Made by a program: the position numbers and the translations under genes. Under the pieces are notes generated by a model. The model saw only the letters and a list, made by a program, of their open reading frames with translations. It did not search any database and was not told the origin of the DNA. Of a stretch of 64,000 bases of DNA, positions 52,000 to 64,000 are shown piece after piece. The first letter of the stretch is position 1. Every line of letters starts with the position of its first letter. Source of the DNA: Haliotis rufescens (lineage: Eukaryota); contig NW_025963924.1 of assembly GCF_023055435.1 (NCBI RefSeq), positions 6,138,001 through 6,202,000 of the forward strand, in the 5' to 3' direction.

Positions 52000-53015
52000 T
52001 GTACCTAACTACGTCACTTCAACTCGTCACCTGCACCTAACTACGTCACTTCAACTCGTCACCTGCACCTAACTACGTCACTTCAGCTCGTCACTTGCAC
52101 CTACGTCACTTCAGCTCGTCACCTGCACCTAACTACGTCACTTCAGCTCGTCACCTGCACCTAACAACGTCACTTCAGCTCGTCACCTGCACCTAACTAC
52201 GTCACTTCAGCTCGTCACCAGCATCTAAATACATTACTTAAGCTCGTCACCTGCACCTCACTACGTCACTTCAGCTCGTCACCTGCACCTAACTACGTCA
52301 CTTCAGCTAGTCACCTCAACACACGCTGTGAGCATGTCACCTAAACACACCGTCGATGTGCGTCACCTAAGCACACTGTCTAATCACGTCACCAAAGCAC
52401 ATCGCCTAAGTGAGTCATCTGAGCACATTACCTAAGTGTGTCACATAAGCACACCGTCTAAATGCGTAATCTAAGCACATCGTTTAGGCGCGTCACCTGA
52501 GCACACGATGTGCGTCACCTCAGCAGATTGCCTAAGTGCGTCACATAAGCACTCCGTCAAAGTACGTCACCTCAGTACATCGCAAAAGCATGTACACCAC
52601 CATTTAAGCACGTCAACTAAGCACGTCACATCCACACACCACATAAGCACGCCATCTTATCATACATCAAAGCACGTCATCTGGGCACATTTCGTGTACC
52701 TAAGCACGTCACCTAAGCACACTGTTTATGGTCGTCACCTCCGCACACTGTCTTAGCACTTAACCAATGCACACCAAGCGACACATAAGCATACTAAGTG
52801 CGTTCACCTAAGCACATCGCCTAAGTGAGTCATATAAGCACTCCGTCGAAGCACGTCGCCTAAGCACACCGCATAAGCATGTCACATCCACACACCTTTT
52901 AAGCATGTCAACCAAACACGTCACATCAGCACATCACCATCTAGTCATAACATTAAAGCACGTCACCTGAGCACACGTCGTTTAAGCACATTACCTAAGC
53001 ACGTCACCTAAGCAT
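52000..53015. repeat. 32-bp tandem repeat (about 10 units) grading into degenerate CGTCACCTAAGCA repeats
   Basis: Unit aactacgtcacttcagctcgtcacctgcacct at about 52007-52320. Confidence 0.88.
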
Positions 53016-53627
53016 CCCTGCACTACACCTATCCCTGCATCCCTGCTTGTCACCCAAACACGTTACGTGAACAAGTCCCCACGTAACCCAAGTAAGTTAA
53101 AACGTTAATTTAGTAACTACAAAGCTAATAATAACACAATTCAAACAACTACTTCAGACAAACCAGTCTTCTGGAAAAACAAAATCAATCATCTAAACTA
53201 ACTAAAAAAAAATTTAAATTTTTTAAATTACGACAGAGCGCAACGACCTTCTCTGACGTCACAGCCGCTGCACCCATATCTGCGGTGGCTCTGGGATGTG
53301 ACGTTTAGGGCACGGCTAACGTGTTTTCAGATTACTTACTGGTTATAAATAATTTCTTTGTTAAGCCAAGGGAACACCATTTCTTATTGGCCCGAATCAC
53401 CTCATTACATCTTCTTGAGTTAGGTTTAACGCCGCTTTTAACATTATTCCAGTTATATCGCGCCGTGTCAGCTTAAAGTGGGAGGAAAGCCCGAAGAGAT
53501 GCAAGTCTTAGACGTTTACCACTTCGGTGAAACCCACGAGCACGGGTATGGTGCTTAAAAACCTAGAAACATAATCGGGGCGAACCGGGATTCGAACCCA
53601 CAATCATAGGCATCTGGCGTGGCCAAG

Positions 53628-53794
53628 CATGGGCGGATACAGAGGGGGGTGCGGGGGTGCGCACCCCGCCTTTTTATTTCGAAAACAATCTTTATTTCTG
53701 TATAAATTACCTCCAAAGACAATAAATAGATCTAAATTGTGCACACACACTCCCCCCCCCCCCCCCTTTTTCAAAAAAGCTGTATCCGCCCATG
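53628..53794. mobile_element. 167-bp MITE inserted in a family-3 SINE
   Basis: 15-bp TIR CATGGGCGGATACAG; 5-bp TSD ccaag duplicated from the SINE consensus. Confidence 0.85.
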
Positions 53795-55239
53795 CCAAGG
53801 GACGCAACTCTGCACAGGGCGCCTTATACGAATGTGCCACCCGTGCCCCCTCCTCATTACAAATATACTCTTCAAAATAATAGGGAATACTCGCATATAA
53901 CTTGAAAGTTCAATAATTGTTATTGTAAGTAGATGATGTGTAAAGACATGAAATAAGTCGTCAAGACAGTAGCACTTGTATGTACATGTATATACACGTG
54001 TTTTGGTTCAGTAGTGTGTAATACCGCCACGACTTTTTAAACAGCCATGCGTCAATCACCTACACGTAGCAGAGCGAAATAAACATACACAGCTGTTATA
54101 TTTCAACTTTAGTTTTGTGCTTATAAATATACATTTTATTGGCCCTTGGCGAAATTATTTTGACCAGTTAAGTATTTTGTACGTCTCAAACTGAAATCAG
54201 TCCTTGAAACGACGGCTTGCAATAAACTTATACCACAATGAACCACACAATCACAGGGCCTCGTTTTATAAAGCGGCCGTAGCGCTACGACTTTCGTAAC
54301 CACTATACATTAATACCGCCTCCGTGGTCTAGTGGTAGAGCGTCCGCCAGGAGAGCGGAAGGTCCGGGGTTCGATCCCCGGCCGTGTCATACCAAAAGAC
54401 GTTAAAAGATGGTTATTGTTGTTACCCTGTCTGGCGCTCGGCATTAAGGGGCTAAAACAAGGAGTGGTCGGCTCGGAGTCAGTATACTGTGTCTGAGTGG
54501 GGTATTCATGTTAAACTGCGGCATGGTATCACAGTGGGCTAGCACTATAAATCGGCATCAGGCCGACTTGTACAAGCAGCCACAGCGCAGCGAGCGCTTT
54601 GAAAATATATCGAGTTATCTGGAGTTCGGGACAAGCGGAGTATCAATGATGGATAATCGCGTCGATAAGATTTTCACCGGGTGGACCGCATAAGTCTACA
54701 TCGTAATCAACTACAAGTCAAGTCTCGTTAATCCGACACCGTAAATCCGACAATCAGCTTCATCCGACACTGATGAAGGGAACCGATTACATCAGTGCTA
54801 ATTAGACCCGTTAATCCGACAACCTCGCACTACGACTCCGATTTTGCAAGAAATTGCTGAAATCACTCATAAACAGCCTCGTTAATCCGACACAGTGATC
54901 AGCTTACTCTGTGATTCGCCTGACCGTGATTCCACAGCCCCGTGTTCGGTTTACTCTCACTTTGCCAGCAGGCTGGGAGATTAACTTGTACGGTCCAGTG
55001 ACTTGCCAGCTATAGCCTGTTCTGATTATCTGAGCTCCTTGATGACTAAGCTGTGACCCACTGTGACCCAAACTTAACTAATGAAGTGAACTGTGTTCAG
55101 CTTAACAGATATGGCTAAATTATTTGATGTGAACATAAATCACTGATTACTATACTTTTCCAAACAGGCAAATTGAGTGAGTTTAAAATAACGGATATAT
55201 ACACTGTCTATATATGGAGGTGCCATTTGAGAATTTTAT

Positions 55240-55430
55240 GCAAAATGGCAAATGCACAGGTAAACGTTAAGTTCATCCTTCATTCGCGAGGTGGACATAA
55301 GTTCAGAGTCAAGACAAGAAGACGAGGCACAGTGCACTGGAGGTGTTGTAAGGCTGGATGCATGTCCTGCAGCCATCAACACTGCCAACAATCTCATCAC
55401 TCAAAGTCATTTTGCTGTAGCCAGATATAA
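55240..55430 (+). pseudogene. FLYWCH-like (MULE transposase N-terminal) remnant
   Basis: SRGGHK..FRVKTRRRGTVHWRC..AGC resembles a FLYWCH core; deleted and frameshifted. Confidence 0.4.
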
Positions 55431-56373
55431 ATTTTGCAAGCTATATTGTATTAGATTGTCTTGAAAATTTGTACATCTGAACATAAATGGATTTTTTAAT
55501 TAATAATTAATAAAAACCTACACTACTACATACATTTTTTGTATCAATACAAACTACTGTATTACATTGTCTTGAAAATTTGTACATCTGTACAAAAATG
55601 TAATTTTTAATTAATAATTAATCAAAACCTATACTACTACATACATTTTTGTGTGTTATATCTACCGAGACAGGCTGTAGTCTGGCTATAGTCAGTGAAA
55701 GTGAAACAGTCTATAGTGTTAACCCCCATTGTTGTAGGGCTTATCACGGGCTGCTGATTTTTAAACTAGAACAATAGCTGCTTGCAAAGTGAGAACACCC
55801 CCCGTGTTCATTCGTCCCCACTCGCCCCTTTCCGTAACCTGCAAGAAGACTCTCGTACCCCTATCGATAATTGTTATGTGCGAAAATACGACAAACCAAT
55901 CAGAATGCGCGTATGACTTCAAGTTCTTCGTCAAAGAATCCCTCAGGAATAATTTTTGATTTTACATGTCTTGCATCTAAAAATATACCCCGGAGACACA
56001 GTTAAATGTGTTCAAACATACTGTATAATTCCGCATGTCCCGAACAGCTTTAAATTGCATCTAAAATATATATGATATATGGGGAAATATATGGCCACGA
56101 GAGGGGCACGAGTCGCTATTCGGCTTGTCCCGGAATAACACGAGTTGCGCATTGGTCACGTATGCCCCGTGTTTTGACGCGACACGAGTCGGCTTCTGAC
56201 TCCAAATTGCAATGTCTGCAGAGATAAACTTAACAATTAACAATCCAGCCTTCAAAAAAACAACCAGGAAAAGCTAGTTTACAAATGGAAGCCAGATAAA
56301 TGTGCATGAAGCCAGTTAAAAATACGAACAGGTATAAAAAACATGGTCGACTTGCCTTGTACCATTCGTCAAA

Positions 56374-56880
56374 ATGTCTTTCAGCAGTACACCACCAAGA
56401 AAGCGTGCACGAGCAGAAATCACCCCGCAAATCAAGAAAGAGATTTGTCTTTTTAAGCAGAGTAAACCGAATATCACTCAGAATGAAATCATTACGTTTG
56501 CACTTGAGAAATTCGGCGTGGAGATCGGCAGATCAACACTATCGGACATTTTGAAGGCATCGTCGAAATGGACAGTCGTTTCTTTGTCGGACACCAGCGA
56601 CGGCGACGCGGCATTGACAGCCGATGACGACATCCCACACGAGGAAGATATGACTTTCGACACCATCGTTCGCGGGGAGCCTGACGATAACACAGAAGAT
56701 GAAGTTGACGACAGTGAGGAGCCAATTATCCCACCACCAGCAACCATCAAGGCCCATCTCGCTCAACTTGCATGCTTTGTTGAAAACCACTTGGATGTGT
56801 TTTGTGTTACGGACTTGGACGTTATTGCGAAAATGCAAGCATCTTTGAGAAATGTGTCATCCAAGATTGAGAGTGAGTGA
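56374..56880 (+). CDS. pogo/Tigger transposase derivative: CENP-B-type HTH fused to acidic C-terminus, no DDE domain
   Basis: RKRARAEITPQIKKEICLFKQSKPNITQNEI...FGVEIGRSTLSDILK followed directly by an acidic tail; natural end displaced by a SINE fragment at 56873-56928. Confidence 0.7.
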   Translation: MSFSSTPPRKRARAEITPQIKKEICLFKQSKPNITQNEIITFALEKFGVEIGRSTLSDILKASSKWTVVSLSDTSDGDAALTADDDIPHEEDMTFDTIVRGEPDDNTEDEVDDSEEPIIPPPATIKAHLAQLACFVENHLDVFCVTDLDVIAKMQASLRNVSSKIESE

Positions 56881-57629
56881 GTTTGATTTTACGCCGCTTT
56901 CAGCAATATTCCAGCAACATCACGGCGACCAAGACTGAGAAACAGAAGACACTGAAAGACTATTTTACCAAGTAACCAGTAGATGATGTGTAAATAATAG
57001 CAAGACATGTAATAAGTCGTCAAGACAGTAGCATTTGCATGTACATGTATATATACACGTGTTGTTGAGGGGATGAATTCACGAGCAATGTCTGTATTGT
57101 AGCGTAAAAATGTGAAAATTATTTGTATTTTTGCAATGTTATTAATCATAAATTAAGGAACGAATGAATAAACAACATAACGATAGGAATATTTCGTTTT
57201 TAATGATTTCATTTATACACGTGTGGTTCTTTTCTATCGGGAAGAAGTCCGATTTTCGATCACAAACTTCGAGAATATCTAATTTCGCTTATCCGACATA
57301 CTCGTTAATCTGACATCATTATATGCAACCAACCATACCGGATTAACGAAACTTTACTATACATAGGGGACACGGTTGGCCCAGTCGTCTAAGGCGCCGC
57401 GATTCGCTGTGCAGAGTTGCGTCCCCTAGACACGCCAGAAACCTATGATTGTGGGTTCGAATCCCGGTTCACCCCCGATTATGTGTCTATGTTTGTCAGC
57501 ACTATACCCGTGCTGGTGGGTTTCACCGAAGTGGTAAACGTCTGAGACCTGCATCACTTCAGGCTTTCCTCCAACATTAAGCTGACACGCTGCGATATAA
57601 CTTGAACACTGTTAAAAGCGGCGTTAAAC

Positions 57630-57660
<31 letters not shown>

Positions 57661-57825
57661 GAGTTTACTGTACTGAGACATACTGCAGCTGGTACGATTT
57701 GAAACATTCTAGTCGGTTTGCCAAAATCTTGATTTTCCAAAAGAAACACCTAATGATTTCACTTAGGACAATTAAAATGATGAGAGGGGTGTAACATGAA
57801 GGGTTTTATTTTGTATAGCAAACAT

Positions 57826-58101
57826 AGCCGTTCCACAAAGCGGTCTCAAGCACTAAGACAATCGTAATTAACATACTATAACACAGGCTTTGGACATTCA
57901 TAGCGTTAAGATCGCTTTGTGGACTGACTGAGTATGATTTTAAGCCGCTTTTAGCAATATTCCAGCAATATCACGGCGGGGGACACCAGCAATTGGTTTC
58001 ACACATTGTACCCATGTCGGAAATCGAGCCCAGGTCTTCGGCGTGACGAGCGAACGCTTTGACCACTGGGCTACCCGACCTCCTAGCTTCGTGGGACAGG
58101 G
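57826..58101. mobile_element. Short MITE interrupted by a family-1 SINE
   Basis: gccgttccacaaagcg ... cgctttgtgga [SINE] gcttcgtgggacagggc; related end near 54255. Confidence 0.45.
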
Positions 58102-59304
58102 CTAAGGTCTCCATTAAAATCTTAACATCAACATATTTGTATCAGTCTGAGATTCCAATTCCAATAACAAAGTTTAAAATACCCGCTTACCCGACAGTCC
58201 GAGACGGTCTTTTTTGCTGACGGATGTCTAGTTTTGAAAAGTTGCACGTCCGATGGTCGGGGGGACAATCCACCAATTATTCTTATGTTTACCCTTTGTT
58301 CGTTAGCCTAGAACATTGTGGACTGGCAACATTATATGTGGTCTGGTAACTCTGCAATGCTGCCAGTCCTGTTGTCTGACTGAAATTTTGGGGGATTTTA
58401 TAATTGGTATGTATTGTTGTCAAAGGTGAGGTGAGGTGAAATTGGGTTTAACGTCGCGTCCAAGATTATTGCACTTATATAGCGACGTGCATGCACGTGT
58501 GTGTGTGTTGCTGCTTGTACTAGTCCGGACTGATGCCGATTTATAGTGCTAGCTCACTGAGATACCATGCCGCAGTTAACATGAATACCCCACTCAGACA
58601 CAGTATACTGACTCCGAGCCGACCAGTCCTTGTTTTAGCCCCTTAATGTCGAGCGCCAGACATGGTAACAACAAGTACCATCTTTTAACGTCTTTTGGTA
58701 TGACGCGGCTTGGGATCGAACCCCGGACCTTCCGCTCTCCGGGCGGACACTTGTTGTCAAAGGGACCGACCAGAGGAACATAATATAATTTTGTCTCGGT
58801 GAAAGTGAGTAACCATTGATGTGCCACGCATTTGCCGAATATACGTGGCTCAGACTGCAAGAAACCAATAGCTTTAATCGGGAACAGGATGTTGCCGTCT
58901 CAACACCCGCGTCATAATCACATTCAAGTTCAAGTTTAACAAATAATTGGGATAAAACTTTCTTTGTCAAGTACAGATTCTTACACGCCCAAATGTGTCT
59001 TCTATTGTCAGCGCTCTATATTTAACCACATTGTATCCATAAATACCCGGATACACGCATCGTTGTTCCATTACGATGTCCCTTTGTAATAATCACTGTC
59101 ACTGTGGTATAGTGGCTTGGTTTGTTGTTGAACGCCGCAATCAACAATACTAGTATTCCAGCTATATGACGGCGATTTGTAAATAATCGAGTCTGGACCA
59201 GACAATCCAGTGATTAATATCATGAGCATCGAACCACGCAATTGGGATACGATGACATGCATCTACCAAGTCAGCAAGCCTGACCGCCCGACCCCATTAG
59301 TCGC

Positions 59305-59844
59305 CTAGATGAATGTATCTTGTGCTTGGGTTGTCACCCTTGGTCTTCCTGACCTTGGTCTGTCGTCAACTCTGTTGGTGTTGTTGTATCGGGTCCACAG
59401 TGCGGAGATTGTCTGTCTGGATACGCCAAAGTGCCTGGCCACTTCTTGCTGAATTGCTCCAGCTTGTAATCTCCCAATGGCGTTGTTCCGTTGAGCTGCA
59501 TTCAGTCTTGGCATTCTGTCCCCGCCTCTACTGCTGTTATAAGGACTGTATGAACGGCCGTTGAGGTGGATTTTTATACCCATTCAGCAGGGGGGGGGGG
59601 GGGGGGGCCTGCATGCCTAAATGCAGGATCCTGTGCTGCACGTTTTTTACAGGCGGTTGCGTTTGGATGAAGCTGTAAAATTGATCCCCAAACGCTACGT
59701 TTACGTGTATTGCATGTGTTTTCGCGAATTATAGACACATCATCTTTCTGTTTGACTTATTTGGTTCTCATATAATGTAATTATTTTAGATATTTGGCAA
59801 AAAGTGGTTTTACATCTATGTAACGTTTCTTTTTTTGAAGAGTA
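59305..59844 (-). mobile_element. 5' part of a Tc1-like transposon
   Basis: MPRLNAAQRNNAIGRLQAG..QQEVARHFGVSRQTISALWTRY..RPRSGRPRVTT (paired-type HTH + GRPR); terminus TA|TACTCTTCAAAAAAAGAAAC; abuts a SINE at 59304. Confidence 0.85.
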
Positions 59845-60444
59845 TATTTTAAGTCTCCTTGACGTTCTACGTCTACTTCAGAAAGATTGATGATTCCGTC
59901 GAGTGGCATTGTATATACTGAAGTGACAACATTTCACCAGAGGCAAGGTGGTGTCCGTCACTCACTGACGACAACGTTCTGCAGTACAAGACGTGGTTTT
60001 GGAAAAAAATACCCTTTTTTCACTGATGAATCATGCATTTAACATTCGTGACTGTACGTGTATTGTACTATTTATGTAACCTATACTCTCGGATGTGCAT
60101 TTTGATGTTAATTATACACTCCAGAAACGAGACGAACTGACAGAGACACTGCTTAATCCGAGCGGTTTGGTTCCAAGTGAAATAGTCTGGATAAACGAAT
60201 TGTCCGGATAAATGAATCATTGTTACTGCGTAGCAATATCGTCTGAAAACTGGCTTTCCCTGTTTGACACAAGCTTTAATTTGTCGCTTTAAATATGGAA
60301 TTATTGAAACGTTATCAGAGAAAATAGTTATGAAAAGATAATGCTTTTTCCCTGTTCGTATGAGTGAGTGAGTTCGTTTTCACGCTGCTTTTAGCAATAT
60401 TCCAGCAATATCACGGCGGGGGACACCCGAATTGGCTTCACACA

Positions 60445-60831
60445 GCTAAACTAAAGATCTCAGGACATCCCATTACGGGTCACGTCAGACCGACCAATGG
60501 AATGACCAATCAGAAGGCAGCTTTCTCGTGCCTTCCGGCACTAATTTCAAATTGGCGACTACGCTTCGAAACATATTTTTTAAAATTCTCGATTACAAAT
60601 TTGAAACCTGAACTAAAGAACATTCTGGAATGGCTAATAGATGGTCTAGATTGTATGGATTCAGTCGTTAAACCCGTAACTATCGTTCGGAGTTAAAGTT
60701 TTCGAGGTTGCATGATTAGAAATCACATTCCGACTGTCACTTTCATGATCTGGTAAGCGATGCTCTGATTGGTCGGATGAAAGGTTGTTCTGACGGGACC
60801 CTAATGGGATGTCCTCAGAACTTTGTTTAGC
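60445..60831. mobile_element. About 390-bp non-autonomous TIR element
   Basis: About 45-bp imperfect TIRs gctaaactaaagatctcaggacatcccatta / taatgggatgtcctcagaactttgtttagc; no TSD seen. Confidence 0.65.
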
Positions 60832-62602
60832 GGTAGCGAGAACTGAGGTCTGATTTTAATGAGATTGTGATATAGTTGATGATCTAGTGTTTCATCATTA
60901 TAGAAATGAATGACAGGATAGTGTAGTGGTTAAAGCGTTTACTCATCACACCAAACAATCGTGTTCGATTCCCTAAATGGGTACAATGTGTGCAGACAGC
61001 TCTTGCCTGAAAATATACTTACTGTTAAGCCAGGATAAGTTGAGTTGTAACCTGACAATTAACCCCGTATGACTATGTGTGAGGTGCGCCCACTTGCGCG
61101 TATCATTGTGAAAAAAGGGGTAGCGGGAGGACCTCGACAAGTTGTTTGTTTGTTTGCACTAATTAATGTTTGTTTGTTTGTTGTTTAACGCCACATTCAA
61201 CAACATTCCAGCTATATGATTGCGGTATGTAAATAATCGAGTCTGGACCAGACAATCCAGTGATTGACATCATCGATCAACATCGGTCCACGCAATTGGG
61301 ATACGATGACATGCATCAAACCAAGTCAGCGAGCCTGGCGCAGCATACCCAGGGAACCAGACTGGTCGATTCTCAGATGTATTGTGTATGTATGATAATT
61401 AAGAAAATAAAGAAAACTATAAAATTCTAAAAAAAATTTCACATCTTTTTTTTTTTTTCTTTTTTGTTGATTAACGCCGCACTCAGCAAAATTAAAGCTA
61501 TATGACGGCAGTCTGTAAATAATCGAGTCTGGACCAAACAATCCAGTGATTGACATCATGAGCATCGAACCACGCAATTGGGATACGATGACATGCATCA
61601 ACCAAGTCAGCAAGCCTGACCACCCGATCCCGTCAGTCGGTCGCCTCTTACGATAAGCAATACTGTTAAAAGCGGCGGTAAACCCAACTCACACACTCGT
61701 ACGATAAGCATAGTCGCCTTCAACGGCAAGCATGAAGACTTATTCTAACCCGGATCTTCACGGGTCCCACATTAATGTACTGATGATTCATTATAAGAAC
61801 AATTATTCTCTGACCGACCACGCGTGTCATGTCCTGCCATGCGCCCTAACGACAGACAGAGCTGGTTGAGTGATGGATGGTGACAAGTGAATGTTAAACC
61901 AAAGTTATTTTCTGGTTTGACTGTCGAGCATATCTGTCTGATTGTTTCAAAGAAGGAGCGGTGCATGTACAGATTTCCCCCTAACGTTTGTTGTGAATCT
62001 GTCACGTAATTTCAATCCTACTTTTGAGAAAGCATTCATCATGCAGTTCTTTGACTTCATTTGTTTGCACATCGCTGTCTTGCACCTACTTAGCCCCATC
62101 CTCGATAATACAGGGCACTATAATTCCATGATATTTCATCAGCTAATGCTATCGATTTGTTTGTTTATTTGTTTACTTGTTGTTTAACGCCTAACTCAGC
62201 AATATTCCAGCTATATGACGGCGGTCTGTAAATAATCGAGTCTGGACCAGACAATCCAGTGATTGACATCATGAGCATCGATCCACTCAATTGGGATACG
62301 ATGATATGCATCAACCCAGTCAGCAAGCCTGACCACCCGTTAGTCGCCTCTTACGACAAGCATAGCCGCCTTTTACGGCAAGCATGGGTTGCTGTAGATC
62401 TATTCTACCCCGGATCATCATGGGTCTAATGCTGTCACTAACTGGTTCATGTGTCAACAAGCCGATGGAATATGAACCTATAAAAAAACACCTATTGGTC
62501 ACTTTGGAAGTTGACAGGTCATGCTGGACATCCAAGAAAAAAATGTCTGGCTGCTATTTTCAGGGGGAAAAGGTTTTGAAGCATTGACAAAACAAGGTTA
62601 AG

Positions 62603-62882
62603 AGTGAGTGAGTGAGTTGGGTTTAACGCCGCTTTAACATTATTCCAGTTATCTCACGGCGTGTCAGCTTAATGTGGGAGGAAAGCCCGAAGTGATGCAG
62701 GTCTCAGACGTTTACCACTTCGGTGAAACCCACGAGCACGGGTATGGTGCTGACAAACCTAGAAACATAATCGGAGCGAACCGGGATTCGAACCAACAAT
62801 CATAGGTTTATGGCGTGCCCAAGGGACGCAACTCTGCACAGCGAATCGCGGCGCCTTAGACGACTGGGCCACCCGTGCCCCC
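62603..62882 (-). mobile_element. tRNA-derived SINE family 3, full length (others 3984-4187, 5113-5372, 22190-22478, 29372-29661, 45898-46186, 53416-53850, 57365-57657)
   Basis: Head GGGGGCACGGGTGGCCCAGTCGTCTAAGG, B box GGTTCGAATCC, TSD aaacaaggtta. Confidence 0.9.
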
Positions 62883-64000
62883 TAAACAAGGTTATGCTTC
62901 CAATACACTCTCGCTGTTTCCAACTTGGTACCACTTGGTCCGGAATGTTCTTGTTGTTGTTTGTTTTGTTTGTTGTTTAACGCCGCCGCACAACAATATT
63001 CCAGCTATATGACGGCGGTCTGTAAATAATCGAGTCTGGACCAGACAATCCAGTGATTGATACCATGAGCATCAATCTACGCAAAAGGCAATGACGGCAT
63101 GCATCAACCAAGGCACCGAATCTGACCACCCGATAGTCACCTCATACAAGAATGGTCGGCTTTTACGGTTGCTGAAGACCGATTCTAAGCCAGATCTTCA
63201 CGAGTCTGGTCCGGAATGCAACGAGTGGTCACGAAGATCTTCCCTTCAAGCAGTGTCAAGGATAAGGAGTATATTGTGTTTGTTTCTAAAGTTCAACACA
63301 CATTGATGATGGATACCGCCACTGTATTATCTGCGACATCCTACAAGCTGATGTACGTGTTCCGTGGGGGCAAACAGGTCAACCAGGTGCAGCCACCACT
63401 GCCTCATCCCCACAACACTGTGACATGCCCTTTGTTGTTGTCACGTGACCGGGATCAGATACTATTTACCCTAAGACTGCTCACATGACTCATCCCACAT
63501 TTCCATCAGACAATGATGTAGCGTCTATTTAACGTGGTTTTCATTGCTTCCGCCAAACCCAAATAGATTCCTGTGACACTGGGGATGACGAAAAACAAAC
63601 TCATTTAGTAAAGTGTGTTTTACATAAAAGCCTGAAATCACAGATTTTATACATGTTAATATTCGATACTTTGTGTCTGGTGGTGAGTGAGTGAGTGGGT
63701 GAGTATGGTTTTACGCCGCTTTTAGCAATATTCCAGCAATATCACGGCGAGGGACACCAGAAATAGGCTTCACACATTGTACCTATGTCGGGAATCGAAC
63801 CCGGGTTTTCGGCGTGACGAGCGAACGCTTTAACCTATAGGCTACCCGAACGCCCCTGTCTGGTGATGAAAAACGCTTGATGGGTGTTAAATTTTGACAT
63901 GGGGTGTACAACGTTTCGCGAACCACCTGTATCATCACTATTTGATTTATAAACATATGCTTATGCTTAGTCGGAATCGTACAATTGACTGATTCTGCTT

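Larger units (their letters stand above)
54714..57359 (+). mobile_element. Internally deleted pogo/Tigger-like DNA transposon
   Basis: Imperfect TIRs (ta)caagtcaagtctcgttaatccg / cggattaacgaaactttacta(ta), subterminal ttaatccgaca repeats, internal transposase-derived ORF. Confidence 0.8.

Noticed and set aside
53864-59844. One 6-kb composite Tc1 element bounded by TACTCTTCAAAA ends
   Set aside because: Ends share only 12 bp then diverge; more likely termini of two different elements.
63900-63945. Hammerhead-like GTGATGA...CGAAACGTT on the minus strand
   Set aside because: Core C missing and stems I and II do not pair.

Overview
Eukaryotic, repeat-rich invertebrate DNA; the SINE types, Penelope-like relics and protein family suggest a mollusc, possibly a gastropod (inference). 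The only host genes I can support are a minus-strand cluster of six secreted chitin-binding (CBM14/peritrophin-A/ChtBD2) genes. Gene A is partial, runs off the left edge and has an apparently frameshifted signal-peptide exon. Gene B encodes 182 aa (signal peptide + 2 CBM14; coding exons 15859-15919, 13404-13655, 5736-5971, plus a predicted non-coding first exon ending at 16932). Gene C is present as four intact near-identical copies (231 aa, signal peptide + 3 CBM14) in a recent head-to-tail array of 7.2-9.3 kb units spanning about 16381-49532. The duplication broke inside a SINE tail in gene B's 5'-UTR intron, so each unit carries gene B's promoter and first exon. This parks an orphan promoter plus splice donor about 1 kb upstream of C1-C3, and exactly those copies have a CAG 12 nt before the ATG (candidate promoter capture). 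The third chitin-binding exon of C1 differs from C2 at 9 residues while the 3'UTR is nearly identical. The rest is at least four SINE-like families sharing a 3' tail, MITEs, decayed Penelope-like, RTE, mariner, Tc1 and pogo elements, and minisatellites, two of which derive from SINE heads and tails. No CRISPR, rRNA or intact tRNA genes. Most ORF-track entries are repeat artefacts.
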